Part shown: positions 50,846-62,237 of the stretch, in pieces
Numbering within the stretch: position 1 is the stretch's first letter
Layout of the letters: each line of letters begins with the position of its first letter
Position numbers and translations under genes: made by a program
NCBI GenBank assembly: GCA_028534125.1
Contig: CM052818.1
Span: 28,026,001 to 28,090,000, forward strand
Source of the DNA: Lama glama
Taxonomy: Eukaryota
Direction: 5' to 3'
DNA: 64,000 bases
The notes under the pieces: model-generated
Database searches by the model: none
Told to the model about the DNA's origin: nothing
What the model saw: the letters and a program-made list of their open reading frames with translations, nothing else

Positions 50846-53009
50846 GTCAGAATTGTGATTGAACTGGTGAACATGAAAGATGACATTTTAGGTCACTTCT
50901 GTCAGAAAACGTGGGGATCCCCTCAAAACATTTTCCCTGGCACTTGGGAAAGAATGCTCCTTGAAAGAACAGACCTTGAGCAAAATGAGAAACTGAAGTA
51001 GGGGAGTCTGAGTATAGAGCATTTCTGTCTGTACTCCTCTTATTTACACTTGTGAGGTTTAACTGCAGTATCAGCCCCTGAGTGACAGGAAGTGGTCAGT
51101 TACAACACCTGCTCTTCAGCTGGTGCTGGTCCAGGATAGAGGAGGGAGGGGCTTTCTCCAGCTAAGAACTTCCTTACCTGCTTTTTGGATGTCTTATTCT
51201 CATAGAAAATTCCACCATGATAGAATGGAGAGAGCTGTTCTAAAATACGATTAAAATAAGGGTTTTTCTTGGGATATGATGGCCAAATATTCTTTTTTTA
51301 AAGCCATGGTAATGATTTCTCGTCATGGTCTGAAAGCAAAGAATAAACTGGTTAAAATGCTTGATAGATCCTACGCTATCAGTGCTAGTGCTTAGCAAAA
51401 GAGCTGAGGACTAAAGTACTCCATAAAGCATTCCATAGTAAAAGGGATGATAGTTATAGTAAAATAAAATAGGATGGTAGCCAAAGTGAAGATTTACTGC
51501 AACTTCTCAAACAATATAATAGCAAAAAGAGTGGGATGGATTTTTTTTTCCTGTATGATAGTTCAGCAGCCCACAATTCTTCCTTCTGTTATTTTCAAAA
51601 ATAAATCTTTCACAGTTCTTAAATGTGCCACTTCCTCATTGTAACTGTGCAGCATTATAGTTTCAGGTAATCAAGAACCCTGAAGGCAAATACTTTTCAA
51701 AGTTTTTAGATCAAGCATGAGAGCATAATCCTTGTGAATGTCATTTATGCTATATTTCTATCATGGTATCAATTATTTATGTACAGTCTCTGATCTTGAT
51801 ACATTTTACAATGAAGGAATAGTTTTCCAACAGATGTGTGTGAAGGATGAGGGAAGACATTTATAATGGGATGGAAATTGAGTGGTTACACGAGGATAAA
51901 AAAGACCTGGAAATACTTTTTAAAGTACACTGCAAGCTCCAAATGTCTCAATTCAGTAGGTACCTTTTATACTGTAATTTTTACATATAGGTCTAAAAAG
52001 ATTATTAAACATACAGATGAAAGAAACCTTCCTTTGTAGTTGGTTTACTATCTGACAATGAGGACAATACTTGGGTGTTTTAATTTGATCTGTAAAATGG
52101 AATAAGATAAAGTCTGATTACTTTGCTTCATTTAATGAAATATCAAATTAGTTATTTGATCTTTACTAATCTTTTTACTTTTCAGCTTCTTTAAATGATT
52201 ATTTAAGCAGGTAATGAGATTTTTAATCAGCCTCACCATAGAGCAGCTACACAACCTCTTTTAAACCTTCTTGCATAGGCACATTCTATTTTATATATAT
52301 GTATATATTACACACACACCCTTCTATGTTTAAGGTGATATATATTAATATATTAAGGTTTTATATATATTGCTTTCAACATAGCAGGAGTTTAATAATT
52401 GCAATATTAAAGCAACATATCTAAAGAGATGAAAGTTTAAACTCTAATTTAACATAAAGGCAAGTAACATATTTGGAGTAGAACATTGTCACTGTCATTT
52501 CATTATTATTATTGAGGAAAGGCTGTATTTCATGTTAGCAACACTTCAACCAAAGAATTTTTCATGAGGCTTGAACATTGGAAATTTATCCATATTAAAT
52601 ACTATGAGGTTCTACTTTAAATGAGTTTGGAATGTGTAAGTGTTAGCCTTCAGCATTTTTGTAACTTTGAGCTTTCATATACTTTTTACTTAGAATTTTT
52701 TACTTTACTTTTAAGTTAGGATTAGCTGCTTCCTTTTGTTGATGTTAATATGACAACCTTAGGCAGAAAAGTGTATGTAAGTGATTTTAACAGGATTTGA
52801 AGATACGTGTATACTTTTTTTTCTGATAAGGAAGATTGGGAGGAACACTAAGATTTTTATCATATATCTAATTTTGCATGTAGTTTTTGAAGCACTGTGT
52901 TTTTTTCCTACTGTAATGCTTTGGCTTTGAATATATTCTAGATTTCATTACCAGCAATACATATGGAGGGGACTAATGGGCAAAATAAACAAATTCCTAA
53001 TTAGTTTCT

Positions 53010-53640
53010 CTTATGCAAATATTTTTTCTGGACACCTATTTTCCATGAAGTATGCCTGACATTTTAGTGAGCAGCTAGAGGACTAAGATGCTGTTTGTTC
53101 CCAATGGAAGAAATACAGCAAAAGAATAAATAGGGATGTTATAGGGCAAAAGATAATTGCTCTGGGAGAGGAGCAATTTAGTGCTTTGGAAATTCACAAG
53201 AGTAAGCAAGTACAGTTTTATTAGGTGGAGGATGAATCAAAAGTGTTCTATAAAGAGTGTGACATTTGAGAATGACCTTGAAAATGAATAGGATTTCAAA
53301 ACACAAACAAGAGGCAAGAGACTTTTAGCAGCAGAAAATAACATAATAAAGGAAGAGACAGAAAAGCAAGGGCTGTGTTCAAAAACATGTGTAACATGCG
53401 ACCAGCTGGTGATAAGCAAATGGGACGGCAGAGGAAGATTAGGCTTAAGATGTAGTAGGTTGGGAGTGCTGCATAGGACTTGAGCTATGAGTCTGCACTT
53501 AATTCTTTATCTGTCAAAAGTAAGAAAATGTTATTTGTTTTAGTAGTGTATTGTTATAAGCAGAGCTGTGATTTGCAAAAGTGTTTTGCCCTGTGTGTTT
53601 CAGATATTTTAAGGGCAGCTCTGGAAAGGAGAGTTTGGTG
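53010..53640 (-). mobile_element. L2 fragment
   Basis: CAAATATTTTTTCTGGACACCTATT...GTGACATTTGAGAATGACCTTGAAAATGAATAGGATTT...TAAGCAGAGCTGTGATTTG. Confidence 0.6.
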
Positions 53641-53929
53641 GAGAGCTCACCTTCACAGAGGGTATTTGGGGCAGGAGGATGGCTTCGTCCCTAGTAGCAT
53701 TTAACTTTTTGTGTATTCACCACCATCTGGTGTCTGGACTTCTGCTTTGTAATCATAGGAAAAAGAGATGTTTCAGTGTGTCAGAGTTGATCTCATTTGC
53801 AATATGCAATTTTATGCCTATTCTTTTTCAATGGATGTTTATCATTCTTAGGGTGGAAAAATCTCTCACATGGTTGCTAAGACCTTAAATATTTAGGATT
53901 CCATCAATTTTCAGATCCTCATGTCAAAA

Positions 53930-54305
53930 TAATGTAGCTCATTTCTGTCTCTGCTTTGGTCATGTTAGACTTTGAGTTTCTTAAATGTGCCAGGGGACAC
54001 TCTTTGTAACAATTCTTCCACTCTATTTCCCTTAGTGGTTTTCATTCTTCTGAGATCTCAGCTCCATAAGGACCTTGTCAGTAAACACTTCTCTCAACTC
54101 TAACTGTATTATTTCCCTATCAAGAATTCTCTTACGTCTGTGTGCTTCCCATTGGTCATGTTCATTCCTATCCTAATTTAACATTTATTTATCTGGTTTT
54201 TGATTAATATTCCTCTTTCAATAGACTATACATTTGACATGGATTTTTCAGCCACCATTGTGCCTGGAATTGAGTCTTCAACAAATGTTTATTGAAGGAG
54301 TGAGA
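53930..54305 (+). mobile_element. L2 3' end
   Basis: TTCATTCTTCTGAGATCTCAGCTCC...TAGACTATAC...ATTGTGCCTGGAA...CAACAAATGTTTATTGAAGGAGTGA. Confidence 0.6.
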
Positions 54306-56233
54306 AAAAAAAGAATACATTTCCTGTTTATTCTAGACTTTAATATACGGCTTTAGGAATATACATTAAAAAGGAATCAAACCAGCTGGCCATTTGTATT
54401 GAACTGACCAGGGCATTCTCTAGTCTGTTAAAGCCACATGGGCAGGATGTATATAGCATCGTATTGTATGAACATACTACAATTTATTTCTCAGTATTAT
54501 TCTTGACAAAACATCAGGTTGTTTCTCATCTTTGTGTTACAAATAATGCTGTTTTATTACTCTTGGACTTGTCTTTAGGTACACATTTTAATAATAACTT
54601 GTATCCAGCAAGCTTGCTAGGTACATGTATTTGATATTGTTTATTTATTTATTATTTTTACATTTATAATCATGTTTGCAGCAAATAATGGAAGTTTTAT
54701 CCTTATGATAATTTTTATTATCTGTTTATGTAAATCCTTCATTTCCGTTATTTTCCCACATTATTGTCCCTATTCTTTTCCTTTTTGAATTTCCATACAG
54801 ATTTTCGAAACATCTTGCCAATTTCTACAAAAGTGCAACTGAGTTATTAATTCTAACTGCATTGAATCTATAGAGAGGATATAGACTTGGCAGTCTTGTA
54901 GCACAGCAAGTATGTATAGATTAGGTAAACAGAAGAGCACGTGAAAGAATTCTACAAGTAGCATACTTAGATTTGCAAGTATATTTTGGCATTAAAAAGA
55001 AAAATGAATAGAGAAAAATTAATTGATAGTTAATACACAGTTTTTTGGAAAACATTAATGGAAGCCTGCAAAATAAAGTTAAGACTATTTCCCAGAACTT
55101 TAATGAAGATGTCAGGGAGACAATGATTATACAAGAAAAGATAAGACCTATAAAATACCAGTTCAGGAGGTTCAACACACCAGGGCTAGGAACTTTGCAA
55201 AGAAACAACTAAGAGAATAAAAGCAAGGAAATTAGATAGATTTAAAAAAAAATGGAAGTGATTTTCCTTAGTTGAATACCAAAAGACAATGTGTGCTTTG
55301 TTTTTGTTTTTGTTTTGTTTGTTTAAGCAGTCTGGTTTCTAACATATTAACAACATCAAATGGGCAATAAACTTCTGAGAAACATTGGATGTTAGAAGAC
55401 AGAGGAAATATATCTTGAATAATCTATACTAAACAAATTTTGATGCCAAATTCTGTTCAATGTCAGCTTACCCATAATATATGATGTTGTATTATTTGTC
55501 AGGATACTACACACATTTTGAACCAATGCTACAACTCAGAAAAACTTTATATATTAATTATAAAAGGAAGTTAGTTGAAGAAGTACTTCTTCAAAATTAC
55601 AAAATATATAAAATCAAGAAAGAAGACAGATCTTGTGAAACAGAGAATTCAACTCAAAAGACCAAAGATCAAAAGTCTTAGGATGAAATCTATATTATAA
55701 ACCTAGGTGACAACTGTAGATTGTTCTAGCAAGAGTGAGGGTCTTAGAAAATAAAATGATAAAAAACTAAGACAAAAATTTTCAACATTGATCAATAGAT
55801 TTAATATAATTGAAACTTGGAATACAAACTACTCCCAGACATGTAACAGCACAAAAATAGAAAACAAAGGAGATAATTCCAAATTTCAGGAAATATATGT
55901 CTAGGAAGAAAATTATACAAAGCAAACTGAAACATGATATGATTTTAGACAGTTGTTTAGATATAAGAGCATCTATTTGGTGTGACATTAGGAATATTCT
56001 TTTTTGAGTGGACTGAGTCATGACATCGAACTCAGAGGGAAGAAAATATATTGCTAGGAAACTAACATGACATGGGACAGTATTTCTTCAAGTTTATAAT
56101 AAAAATGTTATTTACTGATTTCCAATTTTAAAATTTTTTTAATGAACCAGGTACTGATGATGATTGTTGGATCAAGGAATGTTACTTGCCTCCCAAATTT
56201 ATTCTCTACTGTTACTTACTAATGAATTACTTA

Positions 56234-56445
56234 TGAAATAGGTGAAAGGGTACAAACTGCCAGTTTTAAAATAAATATGTCACTGGGATGTAATGTATAG
56301 CATAGAGAAGATAGATTTTATAACAGCTTGGTATGATGTGTAATCTATAAAAATATTGAATCATTCTGTTATACACCTGAGATGAATATAATACTGTACA
56401 TTAACTATAGTTCAATAAATGAGAAAATTAAGTTAAATTAAATAA
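56234..56445 (+). mobile_element. Short L1 3' end insertion
   Basis: GGGTACAAACTGCCAGTTTTAAAATAAATATGTCACTGGGATGTAATGTATAGCATAG...TTATACACCTGAGATGAATATAATACTG...TCAATAAA. Imperfect TSD AATGAATTACTTA / AATAAATTACTAA. Confidence 0.8.
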
Positions 56446-56788
56446 ATAAATTACTAATAGAACCTAATTTGCTAGATAAATAGGCTGCCTACCACAGACT
56501 GCAGTTGCCTGACTGTGGCCATGTGACCAAGAAGTAAGATGAAAGCAAAGATGATGTGATGAAACTTCAGGAAGTCTCTTCAAAAATAAGAGGGTCACAT
56601 CTCTTTCTCCTTTTGGCTTTTTTTTTTTTTTAATTTTTGCTTGAAATTCTTCCCTGATAGCTAGAACTACATTAGTTCCCTAAGGCCATGTTTGATTTTG
56701 AAGATGGCATCTGTGCACCACACGGTAGAGTAGGATAATAGAAGAGCCTGGGACCATGGGGAGAAACGATCTGGCATTGAATATAGTA

Positions 56789-57393
56789 CAGCCAGCCCTC
56801 CCTATATGCAGATTCTGCATGCACAGATTCAACCAACTGTACATTGACAATGTTCAAGAAAAAATTTCAGAAAGTTCCGAAAAGCAAAACTTTAATTTGC
56901 AGCATGCTGGTGACTATTTACATAGCATTAACATTCTATTTGGTATTATAAGTAATCTAGAGATGATTTAAAGTACAGTTGACCCTCTGTCCACAAGAGT
57001 TGGTTTTGGGACTGCCCTCAGATACCAAAATTCTTGCATGTTCAAACCCCTTCTATAACTATGCACATTCCCCCCCAATCTTTAAATCATCCCTAGGTTA
57101 CTTGTAATATCTCATACAAAGTAAATACTATGTAAACAGTTGCTGGCACACAGAAAATTTGAGTGTTGCTTTTTGGAAATTCCTGGAATTAAAAACAAAT
57201 ATTTTCCATCTGCGGTTGGTTGAATCCACAGATGAAGAACCCATGGCTAAGGAGGGCCAGTTGTACGTGGGAGGCTGTGTGTGGGTTATATGTGATACAC
57301 TACATCATTTTATATAAGGGACTTGAGCATCTGCAGATTTTGGTATCCACAAGGGTCCTGAAACCAAACCCCACTGATACTGAGGGACAACTG
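56789..57393 (-). mobile_element. MER2B-like Tigger MITE (outer copy)
   Basis: TIRs CAGCCAGCCCTC / GAGGGACAACTG, flanked by TA at 56787-88 and 57394-95. Body GATTCAACCAAC...TATTATAAGTAATCTAGAGATGATTTAAAG and GGGACTTGAGCATCTGCAGATTTTGGTATCC. Confidence 0.9.
56976..57263 (+). mobile_element. MER2B-like Tigger MITE (inner copy, opposite orientation)
   Basis: TIRs CAGTTGACCCTC / GAGGGCCAGTTG, flanked by TA at 56974-75 and 57264-65. Body AGATACCAAAAT...TTTAAATCATCCCTAGGTTACTT...GCGGTTGGTTGAATCCACAGATG. Confidence 0.9.
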
Positions 57394-59911
57394 TAGTCTC
57401 TCCTTCCAGGGTTCTTTGATAAAGAAAAATAAATCCACTTCTGTTTTATTTAATCCAATATAATGGGGTTTTCTCCCCTACTATATGTGACCAGAACCAA
57501 TCTAACTGTTAGATTTATACTTACATGACAAGAATAATTTACTAATAATATTGACAATTTTGGTAATACTTAGATGGAAGGATTAGAAAATGAGAAGATT
57601 TAGAAAAATTAGAGTAGGAGCCACTCTATTAGCCTTATCTTATAGAGTGGAGACAAAAGATTAGAAAGATAATTAACTGAGAAATAAAGATTTAGCAGTG
57701 TTATTTAAACTTACAAATGTTGGAAAGCATATGAAGAAAAATGATGATTTAACTATAATACATTGAAAATAAAGGAATGAGGAGGAGGAGTACAGCATCA
57801 ATAAGTTAACTTGTTGTTGTAGGGAGTACATGATGTATAAAAAGATACATGATTAAGACTTTTATGTTTTTTCTATCTAAAGGGAAAAAAAACAAGGACA
57901 AATAACTAGAATATTGAAATATATGTTGGAAAAAACAATAAATGCATTAATAACTTAAATAAGGGAAGAAGATAAACTATTTCTAAGCAAGACCAAGTAT
58001 ACTAACCATGTAAAAATTTCTCTGGTCCTCATATTTCACCCTCATCAAATGTTAAACTTAACTTTCTTAAATTTTATATGTTGGCTGTTCACTGTTACAT
58101 GAACAGTATCAGAATATTTTTGAAAAATACTTAATCTTAATATTTGATAATTGTAGTTTCCATGATAGCAATGCTTAATGACATACAAATTGTTTGGTTA
58201 TTCACCTACCTACATGAGTTTTTGGCTTGTCCAATTTTTTTATTCATATATGCAGATATGACTAAGAACATATATTGAAGAATTCAGTAAAACTCCATTT
58301 AGCTAGAAACACTGCTCTGTGTATCTGTGTGAAGTCTCATTCTAGGTTCTATTTCATGCAAAACTTTCAACTTGATTGTAGCCTTTAAATATTTATTATT
58401 TAATATAAATATTTAAGCATTTAATATAGGTAGCTGACCTCTGAAAAACTGCTGAAGCTGAAGCAATCACTGGACATTTTTGTTTTCCTTTGTAGTTTAC
58501 TGAAAGCTTTTCAATATATAAATAATTTTTAATGGCAAAGATTCTTATGCGATGCATGAGATGCATGAAAAATATGTCAAATGTGAGCTGAATAGATGAG
58601 TAAGATACTAGACTTGTAAAGGTGTAATGAATTGATATGTACATTTTTCCAATATTAAATAAAATTCCTTGAGTGGATAATGTTTGCTTTCCTATTAGAC
58701 TATAAAATCCTTGAAGGTACACTCTCTGAGTTGCTTGTCATTAAATCACTAGATCCTTGTATAGTGTCTGAACACTCACTGTTGTGAATGTAGTAAATAC
58801 TTAATGAATACTGAATATATGGTAAATATGACTCTTGAGCCATAAATTCAGGTATACTAGTAATATAAAACTTAATAATGATAAATAAACCTAATAGTCT
58901 CGTCCGTCTTTTGTTGTTCCCGGAAAAAATAAAATCTGAGTCAACTTAAGATCATTTCTGCTCTTTGCTCAAGGTGAATATAAGGTACATTGGAGTTTTC
59001 AAAGCACCAAGTAATTTGGTGGAATTGAGATCTGTCTGGTCTTCTCTGTCATCATGTGTTCATGCTGGAATCTGTGTTGACATCTGCGTTCCAGTCTTAT
59101 CTTTATTTATGGGCCCTTGTCCCCATTTAAAGCCTTCTTCACAATTGCAGTTCATTCCCCTTGGAATCCATGTCATCCGCTCACTGCACATTACCGGATC
59201 AGGAAGGAATACTTTGCAGTTGCCCCCAGTCCCTTTCTGCCTGGAAAGATCCACTGTGATCTCCCTATCCCTTTCCCTGCTCTGTATTTGGGTTCTTAGT
59301 ACTTTTCTCAGAATTATTCTAAGTAGCTAATTATTCTGAGTAGCTAAGATTAATCATATACTTTTTCAAGTCTATTGTCTGATGCCCAGGACCTTTGAAT
59401 TTGTTCTGTTATTTGGCTGTCTTGTATCTTTCTGAGGACCAACAGAGTAAAATATTGGTCTACCCAAATTGAGAGGTAATGGGAAGCTTACAGGTAATAG
59501 GCTAACATATAGATATGGAATTGAATTGAAATAGTGCTTTTCTTCTGTAATGCTTTCACATACATTTATCAGATTTATACACCTGTGAGTTATCAATCAT
59601 AAGTATTTTAATTGCATAGATCAATAAATTGACCTGAGGAAGTTAATTGAAATTCCTAGATTCAATCCTTTATTTACCTATTTACTGAGTTTTCAGTTTC
59701 AGCCATTTTAATTTCTAAAAGATTTATTATTCTATTTGGGTATATACATAAAATTTCTCATTATTTATTTCTACGTTGAATAAATATGCTTATACTCTGT
59801 GCCTGAGGGAATTCATATTTGTTTGTTAGTTTTTCCTACTTAAACCCATTTGTGCTTTGTTTCTTAACTCATTTTCTAATCAATCATTAAACTCACATTA
59901 TTTGGAGTTTT

Positions 59912-60725
59912 ATTTTTTATTTTATTTTATTTTTTAAACATTTTTATTGATTTATAATCATTTTACAATGTTGTGTCAAATTCCAGTGTTCAGCACAATT
60001 TTTCAGTCATTCATGGACATATACACACTCATTGTCACATTTTTTTCTCTGTGAGTTATCATAACATTTTGTGTATATTTCCCTGTGCTATACAGTGTAA
60101 TCTTGTCTATCTATTCTACAGTTTTGAAATCCCAGTCTATCCCTTCCCACCCTCCACCTCCCTGGCAACCACAAGTCTGTATTCTCTGGGAATCTATTTC
60201 TGTCCTGTNNNNNNNNNNNNNNNNNNNNNNNNNNNNNNNNNNNNNNNNNNNNNNNNNNNNNNNNNNNNNNNNNNNNNNNNNNNNNNNNNNNNNNNNNNNN
60301 NNNNNNNNNNNNNNNNNNNNNNNNNNNNNNNNNNNNNNNNNNNNNNNNNNNNNNNNNNNNNNNNNNNNNNNNNNNNNNNNNNNNNNNNNNNNNNNNNNNN
60401 NNNNNNNNNNNNNNNNNNNNNNNNNNNNNNNNNNNNNNNNNNNNNNNNNNNNNNNNNNNNNNNNNNNNNNNNNNNNNNNNNNNNNNNNNNNNNNNNNNNN
60501 NNNNNNNNNNNNNNNNNNNNNNNNNNNNNNNNNNNNNNNNNNNNNNNNNNNNNNNNNNNNNNNNNNNNNNNNNNNNNNNNNNNNNNNNNNNNNNNNNNNN
60601 NNNNNNNNNNNNNNNNNNNNNNNNNNNNNNNNNNNNNNNNNNNNNNNNNNNNNNNNNNNNNNNNNNNNNNNNNNNNNNNNNNNNNNNNNNNNNNNNNNNN
60701 NNNNNNNNATTGGTCTATATGTCTG
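59912..60725 (-). mobile_element. Young 5'-truncated L1 (same family as 21781-22365) spanning the assembly gap
   Basis: 59935-60208 is a close reverse complement of about 22082-22365. Post-gap ATTGGTCTATATGTCTG is antisense ORF2 (RHIDQ). TSD TATTTGGAGTTTT at 59899-59911 and 60726-60738. Confidence 0.93.
60209..60708. other. Assembly gap (500 N)
   Basis: Run of exactly 500 N; the round number suggests a placeholder size. Confidence 0.99.
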
Positions 60726-61129
60726 TATTTGGAGTTTTAAAGGAGGTGAAACTTTGGGACTTCTTTTGAGGGTAAGTTACTCTATAAAGATTTGCACTGT
60801 TTTTCTATCAAGTACCCAAGAACATAAGACTTTGGGCTTCTTCAGTCCAAATGCTTGGCCTGACCTTTTTCAGGCCACCTGCATAGTACGAATCTGGGAG
60901 GGGAAACTATGAGAAATAATTCTTTGTCTTTCTATCGAGGATCAAAACTCAGGGTTTTTCTTGAGCTTTGTCTTGTTTCCCTTTTTCCTCTTCTGAGGGT
61001 ATATTGTATATGGGTATGGAGGTTGATGGAATTTTTGCTTCACCCATAAAACTGAGAGATTAGACCATTGTGATCCCAGTTCTATGAAGATCATTTTCTA
61101 CTAGACACCTCTATATCTTATGTCTCATG

Positions 61130-61380
61130 GGCTGCAAAGCCATGAAAATCAAAGTTAAAGTTTCTTGGAATTGAAAAATGTCCACAGGGCAAATGCAGCT
61201 TCACTCCTTTACTTATACCTATGGATTCTAACTTTCACTTAGAATTTGACCTCTGAGAATTGTTTCTTTCCTTGCTAGTTTAGGGATGTATTTTAAAATA
61301 GAGTTAAAAATACATCCAACATTTTTAGTTGTTTTAATTAGGAGAGACATTTAATATACCCAGTCTTCTAAACTACTAGT
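61130..61380 (-). mobile_element. Ancient L1M/HAL1 5'-end fragment
   Basis: CAGGGCAAATGCAGCTTCA...CTTTCACTTAGAATTTGACCTCTGAGAATT...ATCCAACATTTTTAGTTGTTTT resembles recalled antisense 5' ends. Confidence 0.45.
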
Positions 61381-61765
61381 GATGAAGTCTAATTTTCTAC
61401 TAATGAAATACTAACTTATTTTACATTATAAATACTACTAAATATTTGTGTACATCTTTAAGCAGATTTGTAAGAATAATTCAGTAAGTGAAAATAATTT
61501 GTCAGATAGAATGCATATATTTAAGACCCTTGATTTTGAACTGACAAATTGACCATCGGTAAGTTTTACTAATTACACAGAGCCAGCAAAACAGGATAGA
61601 AAACTAGATACAATTATTATTTCACTATTTTACTTTTGAAACATGAAAAACTAATATGATGTTAGTATCAGAAATACAATTTTAACTAATTTGATAAGTA
61701 ATAAAAATGTTTAAGGGGGTAAGACAGAGAAAGTTCTGGTTGCGTAACCAGCCTTGGAAAAATAG

Positions 61766-62237
61766 TGCACTGGGCTGGATGGAGCTCCCTAAATAAATAT
61801 GTCCATGTCCTGAATCCTCAGAAACTCATATAAGTTACTGTATTGGGGGGGGGAAAGGGTATTTTAAGGTGTGATTAAGTTTAATATCTTGAGAGGAGGA
61901 GTTTATCCTGGATTTCCTACGTGAGCTCTAAGTGCAATCACATGTAGTCTTATAAAAGATAGAGAGATTAGACTGAGGAACACCCAAGGGAGCCCAAGGG
62001 AAGAGAAGGAGGTAATGTGACCACAGCTTCAGGGATAAGAATGAGGTGTTCAGTGGTCAAGGAATACCAGCAGCCATCAGAAGCTAGAAGAGGCAAGGAA
62101 TGGGTTTTCCTACAGAGTGTCCAGAGAGTGGGCCTGATGACACCTTGCTTTTGAACTTTTGGGTCCTAGACTGTAAGAGAAAAAGTTTCTCTTGGTTTAT
62201 GCCACCCCGTTTGTGGCAGCTGTAGGAAAGTAATACT
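61766..62237 (+). mobile_element. MaLR solo LTR, MLT1C/MLT1D-like
   Basis: ATATGTCCATGTCCT...GTGATTAAGTT...TTATCCTGGATT...CAGCCATCAGAAGCTAGAAGAGGCAAGGAA...GACACCTTG...TAGGAAAGTAATACT. Imperfect 5-bp TSD AATAG / GATAG. Confidence 0.88.

Larger units (their letters stand above)
56480..57512 (+). mobile_element. MaLR LTR (MLT1I/J-like), split by the nested MER2B pair
   Basis: Left part TGTGGCCATGTGACCAAG...AACTTCAGGAAGTCTCTT...GAAGAGCCTGGGACC. Right part GAAAAATAAATCCACTTC...TAATGGGGTTTT...CCAATCTAACTG. Confidence 0.6.
54950..57990 (+). mobile_element. HAL1/L1-ORF1-like ancient element, fragmented by younger insertions
   Basis: A-rich sense sequence with CAGTTCAGGAGGTTCAACA, AACATTGGATGTTAGAAGACAG, TTAGTTGAAGAAGTACTTC. 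Assignment from recall only. Confidence 0.45.

Noticed and set aside
59973..60912. The two longest ORFs in the track (255 aa and 275 aa)
   Set aside because: Artefacts of reading through the 500-N gap; the real bases are antisense L1 3' UTR.
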